64,000 bases of DNA, taken from the NCBI GenBank assembly GCA_964016885.1, contig OZ024746.1, positions 92,442,001 to 92,506,000 of the forward strand, in the 5' to 3' direction. This document shows, in pieces, positions 12,928-27,150 of the stretch. The notes under the pieces are model-generated. The model saw nothing but the letters and a program-made list of their open reading frames with translations. It had not been told where the DNA came from and searched no databases. This DNA is from Eledone cirrhosa (taxonomy: Eukaryota). The stretch's first letter is position 1. The number at the start of each line of letters is the position of its first letter. Both the position numbers and the translations under genes were made by a program.

Positions 12928-13863
12928 CATATAGTTATACACATATATATACATTTATTTTATATATATGTACATACACACACATATATATATATATGTA
13001 TGTTTATATACATCATCATTTAACGCCCATTTTATGATGATGTGTGTGTGTGTGTGTGTGTAATATATATTTTAGGTTTCTAAGATTATATTACTCAACA
13101 TTACCACATTGCCAAGTCTCTCATAACAATTATCAATTTCTGTAGTTTCATATTATTTATGGAATAGATACTATGTTTCATTATTATTTTTGTTTTGTTT
13201 TGTTTCTGTTTGTTTTTAAAATTTATTTATTTATTTCATTTCCCCCCTTTCCCCCACCTCCCCATTAATGTAACTTGAAGCACTCTTCTACAGTTATATG
13301 TTTTCATTTAAATGTCTGCAATTGTTGATTGAAAATTTGAGAGTGTCACGCTAAGTTCATGAATTAAGGTGAAACCGAGGCCTATCCTTTCCTTCAGAGC
13401 CAACACTGACACGACTGAGGACAGGACAAACAATCAAGATGGGTAAGATAAATTGGTGTACTCTACTATTTTATCCTTAAGCTTTTATTTCACCTTGCTT
13501 ACTTCAGTTCTTTTAGGGTGTTCTCTTGCACGATCTCATTTAACTCATTTGCTGCTATTTTGACCACCTAGTAACAATTTCTTTTCTTCTCTCATCACTT
13601 AACTATTCCCAACACATTATTTAAGTTATACATCTAAAATGTCTTCAGGAATTCTCATCTTCTAAACTTTTCACTCACATAGTCTGTCTAGTAAAAAATA
13701 ATAGATTGTCTTTTAAAGATTGTGTGTATGTATGGCTATATGTATGGATATATGTATCAATATATGTATGGCTGTATATACATACACATGTATTGCCATA
13801 TATGTATTTGCTATACACCAACACTCCTGTTTATATACAATATCACTTACATATTTGTCTTCT

Positions 13864-13905
<42 letters not shown>

Positions 13906-13962
13906 ATTCGTCTTTGAATTTGTTTTGTGAGATTTCTTATCTGAAAACATGTGTTGAAACAG

Positions 13963-14375
13963 ATATTGTTAGACTTTGGGAGGGTCATGTTGCCAATAAA
14001 AGCACGCGCACCTGTTGGTTTTCACTTCAATTTATTATAAATTCTGGTTGGTTGGTTCAATAATGAGATGGTTGTTTATATAGTGTCAAAGCTCTTTCGT
14101 TACTCATTCTGTCACCTCCTTTGTTCTGTCCTACACCATGTTGTATGTTGTATGCTAACACACAAAAACAAGATGGTGTAAGACAGAACAAAGGAGACAC
14201 ACAAAATAAAAACCTAGTCACTGACGAGGTCACAGAATGTGTGACGAAAGAGCTTTGACAATATATAAACAACCTTCCGGTTATCAAACCAACCAACCGG
14301 AAATTTATAATAAATTGAAGTAAAAACCAACAGGTGTGTGTGTTTTTATTAGCAACATGACCCTCCCAAAGTAAT

Positions 14376-14380
<5 letters not shown>
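13963..14380. mobile_element. Fold-back PLE-end element (family of 28562..29185)
   Basis: Diverged inverted arms; the left arm has lost the CUGANGA half; ends at (TA)n. Confidence 0.8.
14217..14259 (+). ncRNA. Minimal hammerhead ribozyme
   Basis: gtca-CTGACGA-g gtcac agaatgt gtgac-GAAA-gagc-TT-tgac; homologues at 28686..28728 (-) and a degenerate one at ~42010-42050. Confidence 0.7.
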
Positions 14381-14414
<34 letters not shown>

Positions 14415-14419
14415 GAGAG

Positions 14420-14580
14420 AGAAATGGCTTCTACAGGACTAGAACTGTTTCATTCAAAGGAAATCACCAGGAAAGTCCTGATGATTTCCTTCGAATGAAA
14501 CAGCACTAGTCCTGTAGAAGCCATTTCTTTATTAACAATTTACACTCTGCTATATATTGAGTGCCTTACTATGGTTACCC
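14420..14580 (+). mobile_element. Small fold-back PLE-end element with hammerhead (core at 14478) and terminal hairpin
   Basis: Inverted arms 14420-14528; CTGATGA tttccttcgaat GAAA cag...ctg TA gaag; same family at 31170..31356 and 41825..41890. Confidence 0.75.
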
Positions 14581-14679
14581 ATATAATATATATATATATA
14601 CTTGTATATATACGTACATATGTATATATATATACATATGTATGTATGTATTTGTATATAACAAATGCAATCTGAGTCC

Positions 14680-14844
14680 TTCAAATATTAAAAATAACAC
14701 TCAACTCATTTGCAATTATGCAAACAAGCCTCAATCTTATAGCCATGTCAGTAGAATGAACCCTTCATTCTACTGACATGGCTATAAGATAGAGGCTTGT
14801 TTGCATAATTGCAAACGAGTCAAGTGTTATTATTAATATTCGAA
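14680..14844. repeat. Fold-back palindrome (~80-bp arms, ccc loop)
   Basis: ...gtcagtagaatgaa ccc ttcattctactgac...; abuts the 5' truncation point of an RTE. Confidence 0.9.
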
Positions 14845-16350
14845 TATAGTGAAGAATTTAGCGTAAAAGTTGGTGTTCATGAAGGCCCTGTCCTTAGCCC
14901 CCTCCTATTTATTATTGCCCTTCAGGCTATAACAGAGGAGTCGAAAGACCAGCTGTCCATGGGAACTTCTATACGCCGATGATCTAACTCTCATAGCTGA
15001 ATCTATGGCTGAACTAGAGAAGAAATTCCAAACATGGAAGCATGGCATAGAATCAAAAGGCCTTAAAGTTAACTTGTCTAAGACTAAAGTTCTAGTATGT
15101 AGAAAGGAAAATAGGGCACAGGTCCCCTCTGGGGAAATAGCCATGCTCAGTGTGTAGGAAAGGAGTAGGCAGAAATTCCATTTTATGTCCCAAATGCAAA
15201 CTATGGGTACATAAAAGATGTAGTGGGATCACAGGTAAACTATCTAAGAACATAGATTTTATATGTGGCCAATGCTCAGGTGCAATAAGTAGCATGTGCA
15301 CACAGAATACTAGCTCCTTCTATTGTCCAGATGGTTCTATAGAAATAGTGGACACCTTCCGTTACCTGGGTGACAAAATCATCAGTGGTGGAGGGTGCTC
15401 TGAAAGTACAGTAGCCAGAGTCAGAACGGGATGGAAAAAGTTCAAAGAGCTTATACCACTATTGGCCACTAAAGGTTTCTCTCTAAAAATGAAAGGGAGA
15501 TTGTATGATGCTTGTATACGAACAGCAATGCTACATGGCAGTGAGACATAGGCATTGTGTGCAGAGGATCTGTGCAGACTGGAGAGGAACGAAGCATGCA
15601 TGCTCCGTTGGATGTGTAATAGTAATATATGCGAACGGCAAAGCATAAATGAACTAAGTGAGAAATTAGGAATAAGAGGGATCAGATGCTGTTTACTTGA
15701 GAGAAGACTACATTGGTATGGTCACATGATGCACATGAAAGACGACAGCTGTATAAAAAAAGTGCAGGGCGATCAAAATTGATGGAAGTTACGGAGGAGG
15801 CAGACCCAGAAAAACCTGAGACAATTTGATAAATTCCGACCTTACACACTTACATCTCTCTAAGACAATGTCACTGGAGTGAGATCTTTGGCGCTACGCA
15901 GTAATACAGAAGACTTGCCTTGCCTATGTACATAGCGAAATCTACAGTCAGTTACAGTCAGTAGGCACTTCTTAACCAAATATACACCTCCATCCCACTA
16001 GCCCTACTCCACCCCTCACTCCCACCAACACCACCCTCTCTCTGTAAAGTTATGTTGGTACCACAACATCCAGTTCTAAATAAATGAGGTCGTGTAGGTG
16101 TCACAACAAAAAAAAAACACACAGTCCACGCTGTAATGTGGCCGTGTAGGTAACACGGTAAAAACCTCCCAGTCCACACTGTAAACGTGGTTGGTGTTAG
16201 GAAGGGCATCCAGCTGTAGAAAACCTGCCAGACAGTCCTATACAAGCGAGACACAGCCTCCCGACCAATCTTGCCTCAAGTGAGACAATTCCCATCTAAA
16301 CCCATGCTAGCGTGGAAGATAGACGTTAAACACGGTGATGATGATGATGA
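14841..16350 (+). mobile_element. 5'-truncated RTE LINE (RT C-half, PHD-like finger, 3' UTR, (GAT)n), with frameshifts and stops
   Basis: Colinear and highly similar to 61859-63210; WELLYADDL, CSVCRKGVGRNSILCPKC. Confidence 0.95.
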
Positions 16351-16414
16351 TTCGAAGGACTCAGATTGCATTTGTTGTATTCAGCCATGTAGAGTGAAAG
16401 TTTTCTTTTTTATT

Positions 16415-16461
<47 letters not shown>

Positions 16462-16478
16462 TTGTGTATTTGTATATA

Positions 16479-16511
<33 letters not shown>

Positions 16512-17807
16512 GTATATATATGAGTGTTGTTAAATACCTTTTCATATTTAGATTTGTTTCTGCATACACATATACGTATATTCACATATTCACATATGTT
16601 GTCATTACTCATTACTCACACACACCCCATATATATGCATGTATCATTCAAATTTTGTGAGCTTACAAATAAATGCCTATTTAAAAAGAAAAGGAAACTG
16701 TGTGTGTGCATGTATGTGTGTGCGGGTATATGTATGTACATGTATGTGTGTGTGTACGAGTATGTGTGTGTGTACACATATATGTGTGTACATGTATGTG
16801 TGTGTGTGTAGCTGTATATTGATTGGTAAACTATTATAATTCCTTAAAAAAGGGGATTAAAGTTGATTTAGTGTATTTCTCTTGTATCATTTTACTTTTA
16901 TATTGTGGCTGTCAGAAGCAAGGAATATTTATGTGATGTGTTTTACTCTTGAAAGAATGGAAGGCAATAAAAGTTTTGTGTGAGTTCTGTGACAAGAAGA
17001 CAATAAAGAGATCATCACCATTTTACATTCATTCTCCCATGCTAGCATGGGTTAGACAGGTTGTCCTGTTGTGGGCAATGCCAGGTCAGGTGACATAAAC
17101 AGAAATATGACTGGGTTAGTTGTATGACTAGAGTTGTAGAGCTTGTATAGAAGTAGTAGGTAAAGCAATTCAGAAAATGAAGACGGAGGAAGCTACACAG
17201 ATGTTTCAAGAATATTTGTTCCAAAGTTGGATTGTTAAAATGGAATTTTATGAGAGAAAAAGGAAAATATATATAACTAGCAGGGTAGCACTAACTGTAA
17301 CATGAACTGCTAGATAATTATTACACAATGTGGGAGTCTTGAGTTAATGGTTTATGCTTTGAAGGGTTAAGACTCAAAGAAGCTCAGACATCTTATAACA
17401 AAGTTAAATATCTGAATGACTTATGAGAATGCTCTAAAAATATGTGAAGTTGCTGAAAGTAGGATTCTGATCAATTGTGCAGTCATCTTATAAATTAGGG
17501 TAGAGTAAATTACACAATAAATTCCATGTTCGGTGATTATAGTAGTACTGTGGCTGTTACAGATGTATTGAGTGTTAGATATATTCTAAACATTCCAGTT
17601 GTTTCTCCTTGTTGAATCTATTGAAGAACTTTGTTCTAAAGGAGAATTGGAACTCTTTATTGAAAGAAACTCTACTTGTATCACAAGGGCCACAATAGGT
17701 CTGCAATAAGGAAATGACATTATGTGTGGCATCAAACATTAGAGTAATAAAGGAATATATTGCTAGCATGATTAGCATTCAAGAACAGTATGCTGCTCAC
17801 TCTGTAA

Positions 17808-18030
17808 AATGGTAGTGCAGGTGCCATGATAAAATATATACAGTACACTCTTTAAAATGGTAGTGCTGGTGGCATGATAAAATATATACAGTACACTCTG
17901 TAAAATGGTAGTGCTGGTGGCATGATAGAATATATACAGCACACTGTAAAATGGTAGTGCTGGTGCCATGATAAATTATACACAGCTCACTCTGTAAAGT
18001 GGTAGTGCTGGTGCCACAAAAAAGCACCCA
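17808..18030. repeat. ~48-bp minisatellite related to RTE/SINE 3'-UTR sequence, ~5 copies
   Basis: ctctgtaaaatggtagtgctggtggcatgataaaatatatacagtaca repeats; the last unit runs into aaaaagcacccagtccac. Confidence 0.75.
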
Positions 18031-18629
18031 GTCCACAACATGGACTGGGTTCATATCACCAGTACTAGAGAGATTGTCTAGCAGGATTTAAGGGTCCTTT
18101 CTACCTTGTATCAGTTTTAATTCAGAGAGGCTGCTCTCCTAGATGGGTTCCCTTCTCTAGACTTCTCATTTACCCCATATAGTAAAATGAAAATTATAAA
18201 AATCTCAAACCAGTTTTGTACAGCCACTAGATTTGTACATTTTTACATTGCTAACTACTAATTAGAAGTGGTATTATGAATAGAATTAATACATTGATTC
18301 TCATATATAAATAGAGACTGCATTTTGAAAGAGAATTTGTTCTGAAATGTTAGTTGATAAAACTAAAATTGTATTATCAATTTCTATGAAGGAGGACCCA
18401 GATTTTTATATAAAACTGTTTAGTATATTGTTATACTAAATATTATCAAGAAGTTGATACATTTTCACATTTGTTAGTTTCACAATATTCTGAATTTAAG
18501 AAGAAAAAAAACACTAATGAAAATCAAAGAAAAAATGCCTAAAATTCACCGGAAATAATGTTGAATATAGCGGCCTACTTGGAACCACCTCTGGCCTTTA
18601 ATACAGAAAACTGCTTGTTTTAAAGTGTT

Positions 18630-19250
18630 CATCATCATCATCACCGTTTTACGTCCATTCTTCTACACTAGCATGGGTTAGACAGGTTGTCCTGTTGTGG
18701 GCAGTGTCCGGTCAGCTGACCTTGTCTTGCTCATATGGAACTGATTTTGGCTTGATTTCTACAGCTGGATGCCCTTCCTAACACCAACCTCATTTACAGT
18801 GAGTGCTGGGTGCTTTTTTTTCTGTGGCGTCTGCACGACTGCTTTACAGTGTGGGCTGGGTGCTTTTTTTTCCGTGGCACCTCCACAACCACTTTGCAGT
18901 GGGAGAGGGGTGGGGGCATATTTTCTATATGCTTCAGCTTCAGCTTGTACCCATGGAAAGTCGAGCCTCCTGTATTACTATGTGAAGCCAGAGATCACGG
19001 TCCTGTGAAATTGCCCTTGAGAGGTACAATTGAGTAAGGTCAGCTTTTATCACCTCATCCCAGATCTTCTTTGGTCTCCTCACTCCACAGCTTCCATCGA
19101 GTTCTAGTGCTCTGCACCTTCATACGCATCACATGTCTATACTAACGCAACCTCCTCTCCTCCACACAGCATTTGATTCCTCTTATGCTCAGTCACTCTC
19201 TCAATTCATTTATGCTTTGCCGTCGGAGCATGCAAGCTTCGTTTCTTGTT
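18630..19250 (-). mobile_element. RTE LINE 3' fragment (different subfamily)
   Basis: (CAT)n, RTE tail and degenerate ORF end (GRPKKIWDEVIKADL on the reverse strand). Confidence 0.75.
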
Positions 19251-19457
19251 CATATTTAAATTAATAACCTGCTGTCATAAGTCAGAAACATTGTTATGTT
19301 CCAAACAGCAACTATTACTTATTTTACTAGATCTTTCTAAATTCTTTATCATTTCAAAATAATTGAAATTCACAAGAAATATGGTCAGAAAAGTGATAAA
19401 GATTTTATTTCAAGCCTCAGTCTGAAGCTAGACTTAGCTTGGTGTGTTTAAAATAGA

Positions 19458-19680
19458 GTTTAATACAGGTGTGATTAGTTTAATACAGGTATGTTTATAT
19501 TAATACAGGTATGTTTAGTTTAATACAGGTGTGATTGGATTAATACAGGTGTTATTAGTTTAATACAGGTGTGATTGGTTTAATATAGGTATGATTAGTT
19601 TAATATAGGTGTGATTAGTTTAATATAGGTGTGATTGGTTTAATATAGGTGTGATTAGTTTAATACAGGTGTGATTGGTA
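19458..19680. repeat. 20-bp minisatellite (ttagtttaatacaggtgtga), ~11 copies
   Basis: Tandem repeats visible. Confidence 0.9.
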
Positions 19681-19869
19681 CATTATATCTGTTTCATAAT
19701 ATCAGTTTCTACTAGAGAATTCATTAAGCTATCTAACAAGTTACTACTGGCACTATAAACACTGGTTCCTATCAGATCACATCACACTACTAATTAATGT
19801 AAATGCTTATAAGTGATAAAATATTCTTTCTGTCCTTTGTAGAGTCTAGTATCTTGCAGTTAGATTTCA

Positions 19870-20640
19870 CCACCTCTGCTTACATCTTCCTTAGTCTTTC
19901 TCTTCCACTTCTTTTCTCTTGGACCTTTTGGTACTTCTTCACACAGCGATCACCATCCACATTACATGCCCATAGCAATCTTCTCTCCTGCGCACAACAT
20001 CTGATTCCTCTTATGTTCAATTTTTCTCTCAGCTCATCCACACTTAGAAGCTATCAACTACTTTTCTGGTACTTTGTCAGGAGAAAGTTTCTTTCACTGG
20101 TACTGCTAACTCTCCCAGTACATTTGCCAAATATAAAGTTCAGCATCTCTTTTAGCCTGCTTACAATCTCACTAGACCTCTTGAATACAGGATACAAAAT
20201 TCTCTTCTTTTCTACATATAGAACAAGACCATTTACCTGATTAAAATGGCACATTCCCCACGTTTAGTAAACATAATATTTCTGTGCCATTCTCTTGAAC
20301 GTCAACATGGTTAAACACTCCAGAATCCTTTCTCACGCCCTTTACTCTCACAATGTCTTCATTCACACTGCTTATCAATGAGGAACAGCTCATACCTCTG
20401 CACCACATATCATGGAACATTGCAAAGCTTCTGGCTTTCAGCTTCTCTTCTAGTTATAAGATTGTTCTGCTGCCCTCGTTTTTCCAGTCTTTTAGCTTTT
20501 AATGTTCTATCTTCAGCACTATTTCAACGTCAATTCACCTTTTATCTGGCTGGTATTTGACTTCAACCACAGGTCTTGTCAGTGGCTCACAACAGGTTGT
20601 CTCAGAGAATCTTCCAGTTCACCTCCCAACCATAGTTATC
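19870..20640 (-). mobile_element. Highly degenerate RTE fragment(s)
   Basis: Reverse strand gctgagagaaaaattgaacataagaggaatcagatgttgtgcg...ctatgggcatgtaatg resembles the RTE ORF C-terminus; ctggacaagacctgtggttga resembles the APE-RT linker. Confidence 0.5.
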
Positions 20641-20722
20641 AATCTCCTCCTCCCCAACATGTACAGCACCTCTGAACCTATATTTAGTCAACAGATCGCA
20701 GTTATACTAATATCTCACTGAA

Positions 20723-20756
<34 letters not shown>

Positions 20757-20814
20757 TGTGTGTGTATACATGGGTATATACATATATATGTATGAGTGTT
20801 TATATATATAATCT

Positions 20815-22475
20815 CCTACCCTATTGTCAGTACCCTATAGTATTCCACCCTAATTTACTACCCTATAGTCCCTCACCCTATTGTCAGTACCCTATAGTCT
20901 CTCACCCTATATTTACTACCCTATAGTCTCTCACCCTATATTTATTACCCTATAGTCTCTCACCCTATATTTATTACCCTATAGTCTCTCACCCTATATT
21001 TATTACCCTATAGTCTCCCACCCTATATTTACTACCCTATAGTCTCTCACCCCATATTTACTACCCTATAGTCACTCACCCTATATTTATTACCCTATAG
21101 TCTCTCACCCTATATTTACTACCCTATAGTCTCTCACCCTATATTTACTACCCTATAGTCTCTCACCCCATATTTACTACCCTATAGTCTGTCACCCTAT
21201 ATTTATTACCCTATAGTCTCTCACCCTATATTTATTACCCTATAGTCTCTCACCCTATATTTATTACCCTATAGTCTCCCACCCTATATTTACTACCCTA
21301 TAGTCTCTCACCCCATATTTACTACCCTATAGTCACTCACCCTATATTTATTACCCTATAGTCTCTCACCCTATATTTATTACCCTATAGTCACTCACCC
21401 TATATTTACTACCCTATAGTCTCTCACCCTATATTCATTACCGTATAGTCACTCACCCCATATTTACTACCCTATAGTCACTCACCCTATATTCATTACC
21501 GTATAGTCTCTCACCCTATATTTACTACCCTATAGTCTCTCACCCCATATTTACTACCCTATAGTCACTCACCCTATATTCATTACCGTATAGTCTCTCA
21601 CCCCATATTTACTACCCTATAGTCACTCACCCTATATTCATTACCCTATAGTCTCTTACCCTATATTTACTACCCTATAGTCTCTCACCCTATATTTATT
21701 ACCCTATAATCTATCACCCTATATTTACTAGCCTATAGTCTCTCACCCTACATTTATTACCCTATAGTCTCTCACCCTATATTTACTAGCCTATAGTCTC
21801 TCACCCTATATTTACTACCCTATAGTCTCTCACCCTATATTTATTACCCTATAGTCTCTCACCCTATATTTATTACCCTATAGTCTCTCACCCTATATTT
21901 ACTACCCTATAGTCTCTCACCCTATATTTATTACCCCATAGTCTCTCACCCTATATTTATTACCCTATAGTCTCTCACCCTACATTTATTACCCTATAGT
22001 CTCTCACCCTATATTTACTAGCCTATAGTCTCTCACCCTATATTTACTACCCTATAGTCTCTCACCCTATATTTATTACCCTATAGTCTCTCACCCTATA
22101 TTTATTACCCTATAGTCTCTCACCCTATATTTATTACCCTATAGTCTCTCACCCTATATTTATTACCCTATAGTCTGTCACCCTATATTTATTACCCTAT
22201 AGTCTCTCACCCTATATTTATTACCCTATAGTCTCTCACCCTATATTTATTACCCTATAGTCTCTCACCCTATATTTACTACCCTATAGTCTCTCACCCT
22301 ATATTTACTACCCTATAGTCTGTCACCCTATATTTATTACCCTATAGCCTCTCACCCTATATTTATTACCCTATAGTCTCTTACCCTATATTTACTAGCC
22401 TATAGTCTGTCACCCTATATTTATTACCCTATAGTCTCTCACCCTATATTTACTAGCCTATAGTTTCTCACCCTT
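20815..22475. repeat. 29-bp minisatellite (tatttactaccctatagtctctcacccta), ~57 copies
   Basis: Homogeneous tandem array. Confidence 0.95.
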
Positions 22476-22841
22476 TCAGTGTCTATGTTTATTTACTGAT
22501 TTTATTGATTTTTACATTAGTACATTTTTTTATATTTACAGATAGAATTATATACACAGATCTTTACTAACAGTTTATATGTTAAACCTTTTTACAATCA
22601 TATATCCATCATCATCACCATCACTGTTTAACCTCTATTTTTCATCCTCACATGAGTTAGAGGGATTGTCTCGTTTTGAGACCAGACTTGTCAGGTCCTG
22701 TTCATATGTTTTGTTTTGGCTTGGCTTCTATGACTGGATCTTCTTCCCAACACCAACCACTTTACAGAGTGTACTGGGAGTATGGTTTCTACAGATATTT
22801 TTTATATGTGTATTATATATATTCTATTGCTGTATAAAGAT

Positions 22842-23200
22842 CATCATCATCTTCGTTTAACGTCCATCTTCTACGCTAGCATGGGTTAGACGGGAGTTGT
22901 CCCACTTGAGGCAAGGTTGGTCGAGTGACCGTGTCTCACTCATATAGGACTATCTGGCAGGTTTTCTACGGCTGGATGCCCTTCCTAACACCAATCACGT
23001 TTACAGTGTGGAACTGGGAGCTTTTAACCATGTTACCTACATGGCCACATTACAGCGTGGACTGTGTGTTTTTTTTTGTCATGACACCTACACGACCTCG
23101 ATCTCATTATCTCATTTATTTGGACTGGATGTTGTGGTACCAACTTTATAGAGAGAGGGTGGTGTTGGTGGGAGTGGGAGGATGGAGTAGGGGTAGTGGA
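22842..23200 (-). mobile_element. RTE 3' UTR fragment
   Basis: Reverse complement of 15990-16350. Confidence 0.85.
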
Positions 23201-24004
23201 TATATATATATATATACTTAGTGGCTTATGTTTTATTTTGTGTGTTGTGATTAAGAGTAGTTCTACATTAAGTACTGCTATATAGACAATTATACGCATA
23301 CAATTGTTGACCATAACAATAGTAACACTTCTGTTCGGCATGTATGTTTAATTATGTTTTACTGTCTCTGTTATTATTGTTTTCTGCTTCATAATAGACT
23401 TTTGTTTATATTTATTTATATAAATTCATTACCAGCAAAATAGCATCATCATCATCCTCATCATTTAATGTTCATTTTCCCTGCAAGCAAGGGTTGGACA
23501 GGTTGTGACAGAACAATTTAGTACTCAAGTAGAGTTATTAACCCCCTCAGATAGGCTGGGGCCTTGTATGTTGCTTGCATACGTTCCCACACTCTGCCCT
23601 GTGCATTTATCAGGACACCAGCACAAGGGAGGTTTTCATATTTTTGAAATAACTGTTCCTGGCCCTTTTTTGTCAATCTTTCTATGGCTGGATGCCCTTC
23701 CTAACACCAACCACTTTACAGAGTGTACTGGGAGCATAGTTTCTATGGCTGTATGCCCTTCCTATCAACAACCACTTTACACAGTGTACTGGGTGTATTC
23801 TGTAGATCACCAACACTAGAGAGGTTGTGTCACCATTGACACACATGTTTATCTGTAGACATGTCAACTTACATCTGAAAACTACTTTTCTACCATTTTT
23901 ATAGACCTAAATATTTTCTCTGTGGTATATTATGTAGTACTATTATCTATTAGTATCATGTAGTACTATTATCTATTAGTATTATTATGTAGTACCTATT
24001 AGAG

Positions 24005-24435
24005 CGGTGGAATGGCGCAGTATTGGTAGAGCGTCAGACACCATCCTTTGCAGCATAAAGTTATGGCCCTTTACGTTCTGAGCTCAAATCCCGCCGAGGT
24101 TAACTTTGCCTTTCATCCTTACGGGGTCGATAAAATAAAGTACCAGTAATGTACTGGGTAATTGCTGGCCTTGTGCCAAAATAGAAACAATTATTATGTA
24201 GTAAGTACTATTATCTATTAGTATTATTATTTACATTAGTAGAGTGTCAGATAAAATGTCATTGCAGTATTTGTTCTGGTTGTTTATATTCTGAGTTCAA
24301 ATCCCACTGAGGTTAACTTTATATTTCATCCTTCCGGGGTTGATAAAATAAAGTACCAGTTATGTACTGGGGTTGATTTAATCAACTATGCTCTTCCCCA
24401 AATTTGTTGGCCTTGTGCCTAAAATAGAAATTGAT
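24005..24435 (+). mobile_element. Two tandem SINE family B copies (24005-24195, 24238-24435)
   Basis: tggcgcagtattggtagagcgtcagac...gagctcaaatccc...gcctttcatcc...ggccttgtgcc...tagaaa. Confidence 0.85.
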
Positions 24436-25429
24436 ATTATTATTTACATAGAATAATATTTAAAATATATTTTCTTGGGGTGTGGCATGGTTGGAATTTT
24501 ACTTAGTTAAATGTAGTTTATTATATTCAAACTTCTTTCTTATACTTTTGAATAAGTTGTCAGTTGGGTTTGAATATGTGTGCATGGTAGATTTACGTAG
24601 AACATGCTAACTATTTACAACTATACCAATGTGTGCATATTATTTCCTATTATTTCTTTAGCATTCTTGAGTTCTATTTCAATATGATTTAAAACTTTTC
24701 TCTCTCTTTTCAATGCTTTCATGAAATATGTTAACATTTTTATTGCCAAATTTCTTATAAAAAATATTGCCTAGAATTTTCAAATCATTTTGAAAATAAT
24801 CAAGAATTTGGAAATATTTTGTAATATAACATTGTTATTAAGCTGATGGAAGATAAAATGACAAAGGTTCTAACATACACATAAACACTTTATCTCTTTT
24901 GTTACCTATACACCTGAAGCCACCCTTGGTCCTTCAGCCACCCAATACAAAGCTGTTTATTTTAAAGTGTCTATATATATCTTAAACTCTTCCATTATGA
25001 TTTTATGTAAGTTATGTTTCAGCTTAATAATGGCAAAGTTAGTTATATTAGTAAACCTCACTAAATTCATAATTATTTTCAACATCATTTGAAAATCATA
25101 GGCAGTGTCTTTCATTAGAAATATGGTAACGAGAGTGAGGACCATCTTCAGGTGATTTGGTCATCTACCTCTAGCCCAAGAGTAAGGAGTACGACCATCA
25201 GGTCTCTTCTTATCAACCCTGGGTAATCCAGCAGGCTCTAAAATTGAGGGGATATTGACTCTGGCTCATTTTATTATAATTAGCTTCATCTCAGTGTGGT
25301 GTGCAAAGTGAAGCAACCTCCAATCAGTCGAGATGGCAATCAATGAAGACTCATGGAATCATGAGTCTTGTTATGCCAACATATCCATGAAGACTCACAT
25401 GGAATCATGTGGCTTGCTACATCAACATA

Positions 25430-25823
25430 CATGTGTACCTGGGTATTTAACACCCCAGGCTAGCTCTACAATGTGTACCCGGGTATTTAACAACCTAGGC
25501 TAGCTCTAGAATGTGTACCTGGGTATCTAACACCTCAGGCTAGCTCTACAATGTGTACCTGGGTATTTAACACCCTAGGCTAGCTCTACAATGTGTACCT
25601 GTGTATTTAACACCTTAGAGTAGCTCTACAATGTGTACCTGGGTATTTAACACCCCAGGCTAGCTCTACAATGTGTACCTGGGTATTTAACACCCTAGGC
25701 TGGCTCTACTATGTGTACCTGGGTTTTTAACACGCTAGGCTAGCTCTAGAATGTGTACTGGGGTATTTAACACCCCAGGCTAACTCTAGAATATGTACCT
25801 GGGTATTTAACACCCCAGGCTAC
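25430..25823. repeat. 40-bp minisatellite (atgtgtacctgggtatttaacaccccaggctagctctaca), ~10 copies
   Basis: Tandem repeats visible. Confidence 0.92.
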
Positions 25824-26269
25824 TACCTCTAGTTTTCTTCCAGTTATGTGCCCCATTCTCTCAAATGAAATTATTTCAACTTAACAGTTTAGCAAGATGA
25901 CAAACCTAGTTATCCCTGCATGTCATAATAGATGAGTAAAAGGGTTGGCATGGTGATGGTAATATCTTTTAAGCTTCAGTAATGTGCCCCTCAGAGGTCT
26001 GCATCTAAGACAGCTGCCAAGTTGTTGTAATGATAGCCCCAGCTCTCAATATACTAAATTTCCATAACTAGTTTGTGGTAATTCTTGAAAAATTCAATGG
26101 TTATATTTTCTTAAAATCTGTTTTCTACAACTCTATTAATTTTAATACTTAACTGAGTACATCTTAACTATTGTAATCAATGACTTTATGACAGTTATTG
26201 GCTCCTTTCTGTCCTTAACATAATTTTACACTGAACATTGCAAGAAAGTTGTCTTATTTGTTGATATTA

Positions 26270-27150
26270 ATATAACTTTAATATGATGTACTTTTCATAT
26301 TATGATATTGTTCAATATGATATACTTTAATAGGATATAGTTCAATATAATGTACTTTGATATGATATAGTTCAATATAATATAGTTTAATATTACAAAT
26401 TTAATATGATGTACTTTAATATGACAACTTTAATATGACAACTTTAATATGATATAGTTCAATATGACAACTTTAATATGATATACTTTAATATGACAAC
26501 TTTAATATGATATACTTTAATATGACAACTTTAATATGATATAGTTTAATATGATATAGTTTAATATGATATAGTTCAATATGACAACTTTAATATGATA
26601 TACTTTAATATGATATACTTTAATATGATATAGTTTAATATGATATAGTTTAATATGATATAGTTCAATATGACAACTTTAATATGATATACTTTAATAT
26701 GACAACTTTAATATGATATACTTTAATATGATATAGTTCAATATGACATAGTTCAATATGACATAGTTCAATATGACATAGTTCAATATGACATAGTTCA
26801 ATATGACAACTTTAATATGACAACTTTAATATGATATACTTTAATATGATATAGTTGAATATGATATAGTTCAATATGACAACTTTAATATGACAACTTT
26901 AATATGATATAGTTCAATATGATATAGTTCAATATGACATAGTTCAATATGATATAGTTCAATATGACATAGTTCAATATGATATAGTTTAATATGACAA
27001 CTTTAATATGACAACTTTAATATGACAACTTTAATATGATATAGTTCAATATGATATAGTTCAATATGACATAGTTCAATATGATATAGTTTAATATGAC
27101 ATAGTTCAATATGATATAGTTTAATATGACAACTTTAATATGATGTACTA
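26270..27150. repeat. 14/15-bp AT-rich satellite (ttaatatgatatagt / ttaatatgacaact)
   Basis: Interspersed variant units in tandem. Confidence 0.9.

Noticed and set aside
24005-24095. tRNA gene
   Set aside because: A/B-box-like head runs into a SINE body, has many dispersed copies and gives no cloverleaf.
24893-25140. piggyBac-like MITE (related pieces near 3490-3568 and 30040)
   Set aside because: It is a dispersed repeat, but the ttaaccc/gggttaa termini are too decayed to call.
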